Position numbers and translations under genes: made by a program. A stretch of 64,000 nucleotides of DNA from Phoronis australis (lineage: Eukaryota; Animalia; Phoronida): NCBI GenBank assembly GCA_002633005.1, contig NMRA01000476.1, forward strand, positions 274,592 to 338,591. The letters run 5' to 3'. The notes under the pieces are model-generated. The model was not told where the DNA came from. It searched no databases and saw only the letters and a list, made by a program, of their open reading frames with translations. Below, one piece after another: positions 40,301-52,337 of this stretch (the stretch's first letter is position 1; each line of letters opens with the position of its first letter).

Positions 40301-43300
40301 GTTCAATTATGGGCAGTGCTTGGCGGGGAACTTTTATCGGTTACCTGTGTCTTGTTGGCTCTGACGAGATTTTGGGCAATACCCATTGCCTCTTTACAAA
40401 TGTCACAAACAGCGCTATCGGACACCTGACACAATGAGTTTGGATGATAACATGCAGAAAGGTCCAAAGATGAATGCTATCTAAAAATTATACAGGTCTT
40501 TGAACATAAGGTGTAATTTTGATATCTTGAACTTATCTGGTCCTCTACATAGAACAGTCAAAAGACTAATGGAGTTACTATAGCTAAGACATGTGAAATA
40601 ATCATTGAGTAATCTTGACTGTGCAAAAAATGCACATATAGTTCTTTCCAATATTAGTATTTAGACACTACTTCCTACCTTCTGAGCAGCTTTGTACAGT
40701 TTTGTCTTGGTCAGTTTCATAGCGATGAGAATGGATCGATCACCACCACAGAATCCCATGGCTTGGCAGATCTTACTAGGATCCTGAAGAAACAAGGACA
40801 GCTTAAGTTAGAGATGTAACATGTAATGTGATCATGCAGTTTAATGGCAAGTTAATGAGAACAACATTACAAGCAACAGAGTGTGTCATAAGCATAAAAC
40901 TACTTTATGCTCCTGTGCATTCCGCAAGGACTCCTTGGCACAAATGTGTACAATCAAATCTCATAAAACATTCAAGTGCACTGTTCACATGTTTGCTAAT
41001 GGTACAAGAAGAGCACAGTCTTGGTAAAAATTGAAATGTAACTCCAACCGATTAAACTGTACATGTAAGAGATACCCAGCAGATACCACCCAGACAAGTA
41101 TAGCTAATTTTGACAATGAACGTTTCTGTCTGAACGAAATCAGGATACACAACATATACGTCTCTTGATCAAACAAGGAAGAGGCCCACAAACATGGATA
41201 ACACTGAACTGATTCAATATTTCACCAACAATAGCTGCAGTTGTTTGACGTACCACTTCAGATGAGATAAGTTGCACAACAGCGTCTGCGTAGTTTTCCA
41301 CCAACTGCTTGCACTCAGGCTCTAAGTTTCCCAGTTGAGAGCAGACGTTCTGTTCAATGAGGCTGATGATTTGTTGCTACAAACAGAGCAGTCACAAAAG
41401 GATTTACTGACTGTAACCTCAAGAATCAAACTACAGGCTAGTGAGAAAAAGGGTTACCAAAACAATGAAAACCATGCACTAGTTTGCAATGAAAACCAAT
41501 TGAACACAAGACATTATAGTGTGACACCAACAAATTCATATCAAAAGCACTTTTTACAGAAAATCTTTCCTTTTAAATAGATAGAATTTTTTATTCATCA
41601 AATAACCACAGTTCAACTATCTTGCATGAAAAGGCGGATTCATTCAACTTGGTGACGAATAAAAGCAAAAATCATGAACTACTGAGACATCAACATTCAA
41701 TAGTTCACATTATGTCTTGATGATTAAATAATAAACCACACGCTGTCACCTTGCATCAATCGGAACACATCGGGCATTTTCCTAGCCCCAAATTAAATTA
41801 TCCCCAGGCGTATTTAACAACTGTGCATTTACAAACTTCAATCAGATCAGAAAGTTATGTGACTGTCAAAATGGAGATTGCAGCCAAATGCACCTTGAAA
41901 AACATGAAATAACAGTACATCAGGAGGCAGACCAAATATTGAGAATGACATTGTGTACGTCTTTTGAAATCTGTTGAGTGGATAGCAATGACAAGTTAGT
42001 TTTTTTATCAAATTCCTTGGCTATTCTGATTGAAGTTCACACATATGCAAATATGAAACACTTCCAAGGTATAATTTCAAACTATGAAAATCCCCAAAGT
42101 GTTCTAGATACTTGTAATGTTATCAATAGTACCTTAGTGGAGTTGCTTGTGATCATGGCCTTCACATCACCAAAGAACTTGGTGCAATCAGCACACACCG
42201 TTGCATTACCCAGTTTCTACAAGCAATTTAACAAATGATGAGAAACAAAAAGCACATTCTCAATTACAAAACAGCCTTCCATTGACAGTCAGTCACACAA
42301 GGAAGTATACATATCCACTCAAGTGCAAGTATCATTTTCTGGCAAAAAAATAGAAAAGTTATCCTCTCCATTATTATCTTGTTAAATTTATCCACACATA
42401 TCAATAGCTAGAATACAACAATTAACACACTTCCCAGAGAAGAGCTCAAAGGTTGACAGTCTCATCACTTTTCACATATTATTTAAAGGTTGATAGTCTC
42501 ATCACTGTTCACTTATTATTTAAAGGTTGATAGTTTCATCACTTTTCATATATTATTTAAAGGTTGATAGTTTCATCACAGTTCAAATATTATTTAAAGG
42601 TTGATAGTTTCATCACTTTTCACATATTATTTAAAGGTTGATAGTTTCATCACTTTTCATATATTATTTAAAGGTTGATAGTTTCATCACTGTTCAAATA
42701 TTATTTAAAGGTTGATAGTTTCATCACTTTTCACATATTATTTAAAGGTTGATAGTTTCATCACTTTTCATATATTATTTAAAGGTTGATAGTTTCATCA
42801 CTGTTCACATATTATTTAAAGGTTGATAGTCTCATCACTTTTCAACCCACACACCATTGGGATCCTCTTCTTGGCCACTTGCTTGTCGGGATGATGCACA
42901 GTATCTGAGAAACCAGACTTGCAAATACCCATAGCCTCACACACGGCCACAGGGTCCTGCAAAAATCCAGTTACTTAATAAGCAAACAGCTTTCATTCAA
43001 CACAAATACAATGAAATGCAACTCATAGACAAGGAAAACTACATACACATTCCATTTACATCTAATGCAATCATCTAGGTTTAATCAGAGAAACTCAAAC
43101 ATCAATGAAAGGTTGTTTCACAACATATGGCCATTTAAACACAAATGTTTTGAAAAGTTGAGAGTGACACATCAAAGTTGAGAGTGACACATCAAAGTTG
43201 AGAGTGGTACATCAAAATAAATCAGGTTCATGCTCTAAGTTTTATTTGTGTCCGCCAATTCCTAGGCTTAAGACTAAGAAAAATCTACTGTCATAGGTAA

Positions 43301-46300
43301 GGGAACGTAAATTCTCCGCAGACAGGCATTTACAAACACACGTGTGCTTTCTAACGAACTAGAACTTTTTAAGTGCGTAATTGTGGGAAATGAGGAAAGT
43401 AAGCTGACTGAATATGAAAAATCATTTTATGACATATGCATTTATATAATGTACGTACATAATGTATGTAATGCACATATGCACATATGTACATGATATG
43501 TATGTACAGACGTGTATGTAATGTACATAAAGTACATGTATTGAGTATTTACTGTACTTGGCCAGCACATTCTCTGAGACAAAAAAATTGTTGAACACGA
43601 CACGTGTCAGCATATGACATGAAAATACATAACGTGTATCTATGAATGTATGTAAATGCGCACAAGTAACTTCTTGTCACACATTCCATAAACATCCTAT
43701 TGGTCATTTCTATCATACAATATGCTGTCATGAATTTTTGTTTTGTTTAAAAATATGAAGTAAATATGCTACTGATTACACTGACGATTACTTAAGATAG
43801 CTTCTTATCCATAATGAAATAAGAACTTACCAGATGAGCTTTGATCATTTTAATAATCTCTGCTTCATAGTGGTCAATCACCTCATTACACTACAAAAAT
43901 GAATACCAAAGACATAAGTTTCTATACAACTGAACATCTTCAATCACAAGAAATTAGCATATGCTTGAAAAAACACAAGAATGACACACAAGTTGACAAG
44001 TGATATGATTAATATTTGTTATGTCATAAATTCATAAATTCAGCAGGAAAACTTCAACTTGGAAATTGAAATGTAAAGACAGAAAGAAGAAGTTCACGTT
44101 TTTAATTCAATAGGAAACTTTCATAATTACATTCACTATTACAGTACATTCCTTGACGACCAGTTAGTTTCTTATTTGTTTCAAAATCACTCGTCGTCCA
44201 AAAAGGATTTTTACTACATGCACTTACTTTGTCCCTAAGAAACTTCTCAGGGATGAGTGAGCAAGCCTTAGTGAAATAGGAATGGATCTCACCCTGGAAA
44301 GAAACATCAATATGTAACAGACGACAACATACTAGATAATATGTAGCAGACTACAACATATGAGATAATGTAGACTTGACCTTTAAACCTTCAAGACCTT
44401 TTAACAATTTTTAAGACCNGTCGGATCCGTCCGAAAGTTCGCACATGCCGTCCCATTCACGAATGGAACATATGTGCCAAATTTCATGAACATATGTCAA
44501 AGGGTTTTGGAGATAGAGCAGCGGACGCCGGACGCCAGACGCCGGACAGACGCCGCCCGTACGGACGGAGATGACGGCATAATGCGTCCACATATAAATA
44601 TGTGGGCGCATAATGAGAGGTTGTTTCACAACACATGGCCATTTAAACACAAATGTTTTGAAAAGTTGAGAGTGACACATCAAAGTTGAGAGTGGTACAT
44701 CAAAAAAATTAAGGTTCATGCTCTAAGTTTTATTTGTGTCAGCCAATTCCTAGGCTTAAGACTAAGAAAAATCTACTGTCATAGGTAAGGGAACGTAAAT
44801 TCTCCACACACAGGCATTTACAAACACACGTGTGCTTTCTAATGAACTAGAACTTTTTAAGTGCATAATTGTGGGAAATGAGGAAAGTAAGCTGACTGAA
44901 TGTGAAAAATCATTTTATAACATATGCATTTATATAATGTACGTACATAATGTATGCAATGCACGTATGTACATATGTAGATGTATGTATGTATGTATAT
45001 GATATGTATAAACAGACGTGTATGTAATGTATATAAAGTACATGTATTGAGTATTTACTGTACTTGGGCAGCACATTTTCTGAGACAAAAAATTGTTGAA
45101 CACTACACGTGTCAGCATATGTATGTATGAAAATACATAACGTGTATCTATGAATGTATATGAATGCGCACAAGTAACTTCTTGTCACACATTCCATAAA
45201 CGCCCTACTGGCCATTTCTATCATACAATTATGCTGTCGTGAATTTTTGTTTTGTTTAAAAATATGAAGTAAATATGCTACTGATTACACTGACGATTAC
45301 TTAGGATAGCTTCTTATCCATAATGAAATAAGAACTTACCAGATGAGCTTTGATCATTTTAATAATCTCTGCTTCATAGTGGTCAACCACCTCATTACAC
45401 TACAAAAATGAATACCAAAGACATAAGTTTCTATACAACTGAACATCTTCAATCACAAGAAATTAGCATATGCTTGAAAAAACACAAGAATGACACACAA
45501 GTTGACAAGGGATATGATTAATATTTGTTATGTCATAAATTCGTAAATTCAGCAGGAAAACTTCAACTTGGAAATTGAAATGTAAAGACAGAAAGAAGAA
45601 GTTCACGTTTTTAATTCAATAGGAAACTTTCATAATTACATTCACTATTACAGTACATTCCTTGACGATCAGTTAGTTTCTTATTTTTTTCAAAATCACT
45701 CGTCGTCCAAAAAGGATTTTTACTATATGCACTTACTTTGTCCCTAAGAAACTTCTCAGGGATGAGTGAGCAAGCCTTAGTGAAATAGGAATGGATCTCA
45801 CCCTGGAAAGAAACATCAATATGTAACAGACGACAACATACTAGATAATATGTAGCAGACTACAACATATGAGATAATGTAGACTTGACCTTTAAACCTT
45901 CAAGACCTTTTAACAATTTTTAAGACCTTTTGCAAGACTTAATTTGTAACTTCGTCAAGTCAAGACAAACTTCTCATTTAAAAGCCTTTGCAAGAATGGT
46001 CTGGGTTAATGAGCTGTTGCAGACAAAAAATGAAGTTTAAAAGCAAGCACATCTTGAAACATTTCATGACAAATTCAATTTTAATTTCTAAGAACAAAAC
46101 CCACATGAAATGAAAAGTGATAATAAAAGACAAGTTAGTATATTCAGGTAACAAGCACAATGTATGTGTCGAGTAAAGTTTTATAGCCATAATTAGATGT
46201 ATTAAGGTGGCCAATGGTTATTTACTAGCATGGAAGCCATACACTGACACAAATAAGAGGATGGGCTTATCTATTTGAGTATTTAAGTTCTTAAACTTGA

Positions 46301-49300
46301 GTATCAGACTATGACTTTATAGATGATCAGAAGTGAAATAATGAATCTTTAATGTCGGGGTCCACGTGTATAAAGTTTGTACATACTAATGTGAACTGTG
46401 GTCCGGTGACCTCTTATGTTCAATGAAAGTTAAAGTAACAAAATGACTAATGCAAAATTGTTTTGACTGCAACCGATATCAAAATCTTCCAGACGGCATA
46501 ATGTAAACATGTTTCTCCTGTTGAACATCTTGATACTCATTAATGTTTTTTATTTAAAAAGCAAACAATATGAGAAGATGTGCACAAGATACAAAAACAG
46601 TAGAAATGCATAAATTCTTTTAGTTTCTCGAACACATTTTCCCCACACCTTCCTACAGTTTTGGTCAGCGATTTACCGGCTATGTGACTATACTTGTCCT
46701 GAGGTGTACTTTGTTCACCCACCATCATTTGAAAGTACAATGTCTGCAGGGCAGCCACCTTTGACCAAACAATTTTATCTAAATCTGTTGACACATTTAC
46801 AACAACTCTACCTCACATGACTTTCAGGAAAGATCAAATGTACAAGGTCATTAAGACTCTGGCATGATTATGCCTTGTTCAGAGTTGGCTACCAACTACT
46901 ATCACCATGATTCTTTGACAGTACACACCAATTTCCAGGGTTCTGCACCATCAAAGTTACTCATGCAGATTAACAAAAGACAATAAACATTACGATCAAA
47001 CTACCAGGCAAAAAATATTACCAAAATTATGCAGTGCATAACAAACATATTTCAAACAGGTGTATTTGGAGATCATTTCATACATTTAAAGTTATAGCTG
47101 CCCTCCGTGGAATACCATGTAGAACATGCTGGTGTACAGTGATACAGTGAGGGGAATCCTACTTATAACTGTGGTTCTCTGCATGATAATAACAAAACAA
47201 CTCTGAGTGTAAATAATCATAAAGCCATGAGGATATTTTTCATACAAGACTATTATTGCAAATGGCAAATTACTAGTAGTCTCACTGACAACCTCAATCT
47301 GTAGATTTAACTGCTGAGTGATTATGCCTAATTCTAAATCCTACAAAAAACATTCAAACTGTTTCCAGAGTTCAATACGGTGATTCCACAACATTCATTA
47401 CAAGATTCATCATTCAGTTGCTTTTTAACTGATGAGCGATTCAGTAACAATAAAACTTTGACAGGAAATCACTTAAAGCATTCTATTCATAATTTGACAG
47501 CGTCTCTACAGCAAAAATGCAACACTTCCGACCTATTCTGCATAAAAAAATTCCAAGTTCTATATCTATACATCTTTTTGAGATTGTGAACATTCTATGA
47601 CACACCTATTCATGAATGGGTTATAAAGCAACACTTGTATTACAAATGTCACACATGTTAAAATAAGAAAATTCTAAGTATACTTGTAATAAACTACAAA
47701 AATATGGATTTCATGGTTTTACAGCTCTGGTCAAAGCCAAAGCCAGCAACTTCAAAAAGTCCAACAATAACAACTTCAAAAAGTCTATTCCGTCCAACAA
47801 TAATAACTTCAAAGTCTATCCCATCCAACAATAATAACTTCAAAAAGTCTATCCCGTCCACCAATAATCTAAAATCAACATTTTTCGGCCGCAAAATGAT
47901 ATCCCTTAAAATCATTCCCAAAATATAAATTAAATCAACAAAGACAAAAATGAAACGGTTTTATGAAATGTCATTTTCTCAAACATGCATACAGAAACCC
48001 TCAATAATAGTGGTTTTTGACAATCTGTTCTCCAAACCACTATTGGGTCATAAAATATAACTTTACCCACCTCCGTTTCATTGCTGAGAAGCAGTGTCTT
48101 CACTTGACTTATGACACCTTGACAGAAGTCGCACACGGCATCATTATCACTCTGAAAAATGAGGACAGTTAAAGATATCAAGAATAAATCTCTTGAAGCA
48201 AAGTACTTTGTAAGCAGATCAGAAGTCAGCAACAGAAGCCAAGTGCTATCAAACACACAGGAACTTCTTAGAAGCATCACTCATTAACAAAATACACATC
48301 TGGTTTATCTGGTGCAATGACAACATTTGCCTCAAACAAAAATTATACATTTTTTCAAAATATTTGCCGAACTTCTTAAGCTTCACATATAGGCACACAG
48401 GAGAGACTATTCGTTGTGTATGTGCAAATCTTACTTTTATTCATTCCAAATATTTTGATTAACATGCATGATGTTAAACCGATGTTTAACATCTGCAACA
48501 TTTGCAACTGACAAGCCAAGCTTCACTCATGCACTCTTTTCAAAAATTAGCAATTTCAGTTTGATGCTCAAATTCAAAAGATACCTTCACGACCCTCTGA
48601 TGGGCCCAGATAGTACTAATACAATGGTCGACAGCTCCGCATTTTTTGGCCGTAGCGATACTTTTACACCAGTAGGATGGTCCATACGAACATTCTAACA
48701 GTGGAGAGGCTGAGGCTGAAAACACATTAAATATAATCCCATGAACACAAAACTCAACTACAATAGCATACAGGACAATTTCAAACTTGAGCTTAATGAA
48801 GTTCAACACAGTTTGCCAAGAACCTATGAAGCAGTTGTTTTACGACAGTGACTAATTTACAAAACATCTGAATATAATTTATTTATTTCAAATATCTGTA
48901 TTACTCTGTTTGAAACATATTCTAATTTTGGATTGAGTCATGGCATTAAATAACTTCAAATTTCAAACACATTAACAGTCAAATCCAAATATAGACTAGA
49001 CATTAGGTATAACTTAGTTCAAACGGAAATTTTGAATTTACTTAAGAAGGAACTTTGTCATACATTACTGACATCAACTTATTTCTGAACCCCAACAACA
49101 GAACATAAATGCCATCTAGTGAAATTTGAGATGTAATCCTAAACTTGATATTGGCAACTAAAATGTATAGTTGAAGTTGTTAAAGCATATAACTGACATT
49201 GTGAAATGAAATTTATGTTTTCAAGACGTTTTCAAGCACCAATTAATTATAAAATATTGACGTTGTGTCCATACTTTCTTTCATAGTTTTTTTACTGGGG

Positions 49301-51977
49301 CTTTATTGGAAAGACCAAAAAATAATGTACCAACAACTCCATAGAATTCTTTAATGAATTCATCCTTGAGCACTAAAGATACGCAATATTTTTCACAAGA
49401 TCTATATAACTTCTGCTGGTAAAGTAATTCAAGCTCATTCTTAAATAATTAACAGTCACGAGGATTGGGGTATAGTGACATTTTATAGCTCAACATTAAA
49501 TTGATGATACATGGACAAATGGCACCATCATACAAGAGCAATTTTTCGATCAGCTGACAAGAAACGAACCATAGTGTCAATGACTTTGCACATTTCTCAA
49601 TTCAACAAGGTAACATCGTCATAAGCCCAAGCAATTATACCACCCATATCTGGTGGTCTTGTGACAGTGTCCATAATTACAGGTCTCCTATAGACTGACT
49701 TTACAACAATAACAAGTTGGTTTGGTATTGTGAAATGATAGGTACATGTCAACAACAAGTGGTTATGCAATTTCAGGGTCTATGGAAGAAAAACACACAG
49801 TGGTACCTAGCCAGCCAGCTAGCTGTATGAAGACTATCGTCAATATACAGCTAAGTACCACTGTGTGTTTTTCTTCCATAGGCCCCGAAATTGTACACAG
49901 TCAGGGTAGTTCTGCTAGTCACCTCACCGTGAAACTTGCCTCAACATGTAGAGCTAAAGACTGGACGGGGTGCATGCAAAATCTGGGAGTCAACCAACAC
50001 TCACCTTGCCCGTTACAACCATTCAGTGAAAAACAATTCAACAAACATCATTTTCTTGCATCATTCTCGACCTTTTGTAACACTGAAAAGCATGTTGTTG
50101 TTTTGAAAACAGTACGCACGTGTCACGCGCATGCACCATTTCCTAAATTTTTGAGACAACTTCGCAACAGTAAAATTTGTTCTGAAATTCGGTTTTTCAG
50201 TATCAAAATTCTAAACACTTGTAACTAAATGAAACCACTTAAGATAATTTGTTGAGACATCTAGGCAACTTCGTGGAAGAAGTAGTTGATTGAAGAATGG
50301 GCAAAAAAAGAAACTGGCCAATAGGTGATACAATATTTCATGGCGCCGAAAGCCGTCGCTAATGATCTCTACAACTTTAGCAGCTGAATAACAGTAGAAT
50401 GCCATTTTTTCCAACGCCATTAAATAATTTAGTTTGCTCAAGGAAGACTGTAGTTTTTAATGACACTAATTTTGTGTCAGATTTTATCTTACCACTTTTT
50501 TACCCACATCGGGGCAAAGCTATATATTTAGTATACAGCTTAGCACCAAGGCTAAGTATAAGCAGCACGTAGCCCCTCGGTTAGCCATTTAGGGGCTACA
50601 ACACTTCCATTCGCTTTCTGTACACATTTCGTTACAATACACGTTTTATAAATGGGCGGTAACCCAAATCCGGTCACCGATTCTGAGTTTTCACCTCGTC
50701 AAAAATATATTCTACACTCAAAACTATCACTTCAAAATGAGCTTACTTTCTTCAGTGATCCTTTCTGCTTCTACACATATCTTTGATGAAGCATATCTAC
50801 TAGAATTAAGGTGACTTTGGAGAAGAATTCCACCTCCACTTTTTGGTCACCGTTAACTTTTTGACCCCGCACGCAATAACCACAGAGTATGTCAACTGAA
50901 TGCTAGCGCGAGACTGAGTGAAGCGCAAGACACTAGCGTGTGACACTTGCAAAATAGCATGAGAAGGTAACAGGTGAAATTTGTAAGATTTGGGTCCCTT
51001 GGACTTTTTATTCGTCAATATGTGTGATTTCACGTAATTTCCTCAAAATGACACCCGGTAAAAGAAACTCGAGCAAACTGTGACAGATTTTCATCAATTT
51101 GTTCAAATTATCTTGACTGAATCGCTTTCAGACTTATGGTATGAGTTATTTATAATTCCATGTGCATATATGCATGATTCATTTTGATTTTTATTTCCTG
51201 TATTTTGAAATGAGTAACATTTTGTGGGGATGGACTATCGCCCCTGTATGACTGCGGCATCCAGGGCGATGTAATTTGCCTAAGTGAAGCCACAGGCATC
51301 CTCAGCTTCTGATCGTCCCCAATACACTACATATAATACTACAAGGTATGACACTCCCGACTAGAAATTTCACGGGTGCTTCACTTCAGCCCTCCATAGC
51401 TAACTGCCAGTTTGTTGCGTAAAGTCACAATGTCGATAACACCATCCATCCGTAATTCATCAGTAATTTCTGTACCGTCCTTGACCTCGAGCTGTCCAAG
51501 ATGGAAGTGTGTTTGGGCTTTTTGTGAACATTTTTGTTCATTGACTGCGAAATACTTACGAAGTCGCCGGAACAGGACACCGTGAATGGTATTGCCAGGT
51601 ATTGGAATGGAAGAAAGAACAACTGCCAATGGTTTGTTGAAACCTTGTTTTGTGTAAATTTATTGAGTTTTATGTTAGCTATGGAGGGCTGAAGGGAAGC
51701 ACCCGTGAAATTTCTAGTCGGGAGTGTCATACCTTGTATTATGAAATGTAGTGTATTGGAGACGATCAGAAGCTGAGGACGCCTATTAGTCAGTATTAGT
51801 GAAGCCTGAGGCTGAAAGACTCATTCTGTGAGGCTGGAGATTAGACGCTGTGCCTGTACGAGCGAACAATTCACTGAGCCAGAACGTCTATAGAACTATT
51901 CAACCTCCTAGAAACCTCATTAATAGTTTCCACTTACCAAAAGCCAAGAGACAAGACAAGAGAAGGAGCTTCATCAT
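13143..51977 (-). CDS. PSAP: Prosaposin-like multi-saposin precursor locus (signal peptide, 3 SapA, 13 SapB domains in total; 35 coding exons)
   Basis: Repeated six-cysteine SapB pattern (CxxC...NxT...C...C...YG...C..LGLC) and SapA motifs (CSYGPSYWC, CSMGPVYWC, CMYGPRYWC). All exons are phase-compatible; see the three segments below. Confidence 0.93.
14615..15069. mobile_element. Left part of an insertion (possibly PIF/Harbinger-type MITE) present in only one of two overlapping copies
   Basis: 14492-14614 matches 15071-15193 (one substitution). The first copy continues TTA|AGGGCTGTTCC..., the second TTA|TAAAAA. Truncated by N at 15070. Confidence 0.45.
17380..17555 (-). mobile_element. tRNA-derived SINE remnant
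   Basis: A-box TGGCTCAGTGG (17535-17545) and B-box GTTCAAATCC (17499-17508) on the minus strand, no cloverleaf. 3' boundary approximate. Confidence 0.45.
17623..17686. repeat. Perfect 32-bp tandem duplication abutting a GC splice donor
   Basis: GGAGTGTACGGAACTCAGCACTGTTTATACTT at 17623-17654 and 17655-17686. Confidence 0.95.
19786..19900 (+). mobile_element. Degenerate tRNA-derived SINE head
   Basis: GGAGGCAGTGTGGCCTAGTG A-box-like start followed by a CCCTTGAG segment; B-box degenerate. Confidence 0.3.
22666..24214 (+). mobile_element. Non-autonomous Helentron/DINE-1-like (HINE) element, apparently full length, with internal ~150-bp tandem monomers
   Basis: Sub-terminal inverted repeat ATGCGCCCACA (22690-22700) / TGTGGGCGCAT (24202-24212), terminal palindrome 24183-24212, (GGAC)n microsatellite ~24146-24170, short hairpin at the other end, 450-bp higher-order internal repeat, no ORF. 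Confidence 0.75.
27885..28010 (-). terminator. Cluster of candidate polyadenylation signals for module A
   Basis: TTTATT on + strand at 28005-28010, 27986-27991 and 27885-27890, 0.7-0.9 kb downstream of the module A stop. The AT-rich background makes these weak evidence. Confidence 0.35.
28174..28655 (+). mobile_element. Internally deleted HINE-like copy just downstream of the module A stop
   Basis: AAATGCGCCC start motif, TGGCCACTAGGTGGC monomer, GGCGCATAA end. Confidence 0.55.
28745..40425 (-). CDS. PSAP: Prosaposin 3' module A: 5 SapB + C-terminal SapA + stop (12 exons, 1500 nt); with the shared block gives a 763-aa, 7-SapB protein
   Basis: Exons 40345-40425, 38602-38664, 36324-36383, 35577-35777, 35191-35371, 33778-33875 (duplicate 34639-34736), 31692-31872, 30768-30868, 30150-30330, 29719-29945, 29205-29297, 28745-28777 (AVKHCQRHVW-stop). 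Open frame throughout. Confidence 0.88.
32276..33575 (+). mobile_element. Second, more diverged copy of the HINE-like family
   Basis: Starts ACAAGAGCAACGCGGAGCGTTGAAATGTGCCCACA; same internal monomers (GCCACTAGG...) and a degenerate terminal palindrome. Confidence 0.7.
33617..35332. other. Uncollapsed haplotype overlap around N34472 (33617-34471 vs 34473-35332)
   Basis: Near-identical copies with a few SNPs/indels, joined at a single N; the first copy ends mid-exon. Confidence 0.85.
36526..37940. mobile_element. TIR element (pogo/Tigger-like non-autonomous) in a module A intron; right end possibly interrupted and extending to ~38333
   Basis: TA|CTGTATTCGCAGTAATAACCGCCCA at left; TGGGCGGTTATTAC at 37927-37940; ATACGG|TA at ~38328-38335 may be the displaced tip. 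Confidence 0.55.
39790..39955. repeat. ~55-bp tandem repeat, 3 copies
   Basis: Repeated TAGTTAGCAAGATAGCTTGTTAGTACA core. Confidence 0.85.
40679..51977 (-). CDS. PSAP: Prosaposin shared 5' block: signal peptide, N-terminal SapA, SapB1, SapB2 (9 exons, 792 nt, 264 aa)
   Basis: Exons 51938-51977 (MMKLLLLSCLLAF, 40 nt, GTAAGT donor, phase 1), 48585-48715 (ASASPLLECSYGPSYWC...), 48071-48151, 45737-45802 (duplicate 44228-44293), 45340-45399 (duplicate 43831-43890), 42855-42956, 42133-42216, 41254-41376, 40679-40783. The block ends in phase 0. Confidence 0.9.
42448..42844. repeat. 37-bp minisatellite, about 10.7 copies
   Basis: Unit AAAGGTTGATAGTTTCATCACTTTTCACATATTATTT; ends about 10 bp from the donor of exon 42855-42956. 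Confidence 0.95.
43104..45927. other. Uncollapsed haplotype overlap around N44419 (43104-44418 vs 44612-45927)
   Basis: Near-identical copies duplicating two small prosaposin exons (one I/V difference); a HINE end is present only in the second copy. Confidence 0.85.
44420..44612 (+). mobile_element. End fragment of a HINE-like element next to an assembly N
   Basis: Near-identical to 24012-24212, including the terminal palindrome; truncated by N at 44419. Confidence 0.75.
47747..47875. repeat. Degenerate ~30-bp tandem repeat, about 4 copies
   Basis: Repeated AACTTCAAAAAGTCTATyCCrTCCAACAATAA. Confidence 0.75.
49770..50460. repeat. Dispersed repeat, with a related copy at ~55190-55565, starting with a ~43-bp inverted-repeat hairpin
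   Basis: CTGTATGAAGACyATCGTCAA and GAAACTGGCCAATAG...CAATATTTCATGGCGCCG blocks are shared by both copies; IR at ~49770-49812 / ~49850-49892. Confidence 0.6.
51292..51797. mobile_element. Foldback MITE with ~110-bp inverted arms in prosaposin intron 1
   Basis: Arms ~51294-51403 and ~51674-51784 are reverse complements; 9-bp direct repeat AGTGAAGCC at 51283-51291 and 51798-51806 (Mutator-like TSD, ends slightly asymmetric). Confidence 0.7.
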
Positions 51978-52017
51978 CCGTCGTACAGCTACTTTGAGAC
52001 TCTTGTGTGAACTCAAC

Positions 52018-52337
52018 TCATGTGACCGGTTTGTAAACAAGTCAGACTATAAAGTCCAAAGCTTGAATTAGAGAAAAGATTAATAATCAGAGTTACTATT
52101 ATCTTGCTAATATTCTAATGTTTTCAAGATAGTGATGTATTTTATATTAAAAACATATTTTTGGATTGCTTTTTTTCTTAGCAAAAATAAAACATTGTAT
52201 TTAAAAGTTTTGCGGAAATTATTATTTTAACAAAGCATGAATGTGAAGTCATGTGACTGTTAATTTACTTTCAGAGTTTCTTCGCCGAGTTACACTTTTA
52301 GTGCAAACCAAGATGGAAGCTCCCTGTTTTCACGTGA
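52018..52337. promoter_or_regulatory. Prosaposin promoter region with MITF/TFEB-type (M-box/CLEAR) E-boxes
   Basis: TCATGTGAC 52018-52026, GTCATGTGAC 52248-52257 and TCACGTGA 52330-52337, within 360 bp upstream of the prosaposin ATG (51977). Confidence 0.55.

Noticed and set aside
42448-42844. CRISPR-like array
   Set aside because: Head-to-tail repeats with no unique spacers, in a eukaryotic intron; a minisatellite.
43831-45802. Apparent tandem duplicate (mutually exclusive) exons of SapB1
   Set aside because: Introns are near-identical too and the join is a single N; allelic overlap.
50537-50588. Alternative signal-peptide exon MANRGATCCLYLALVLS (minus strand, phase 1)
   Set aside because: Weak donor (CT|GTATAC), poor start context, within hairpin-rich repeat-like DNA; 51938-51977 is a far better exon 1.
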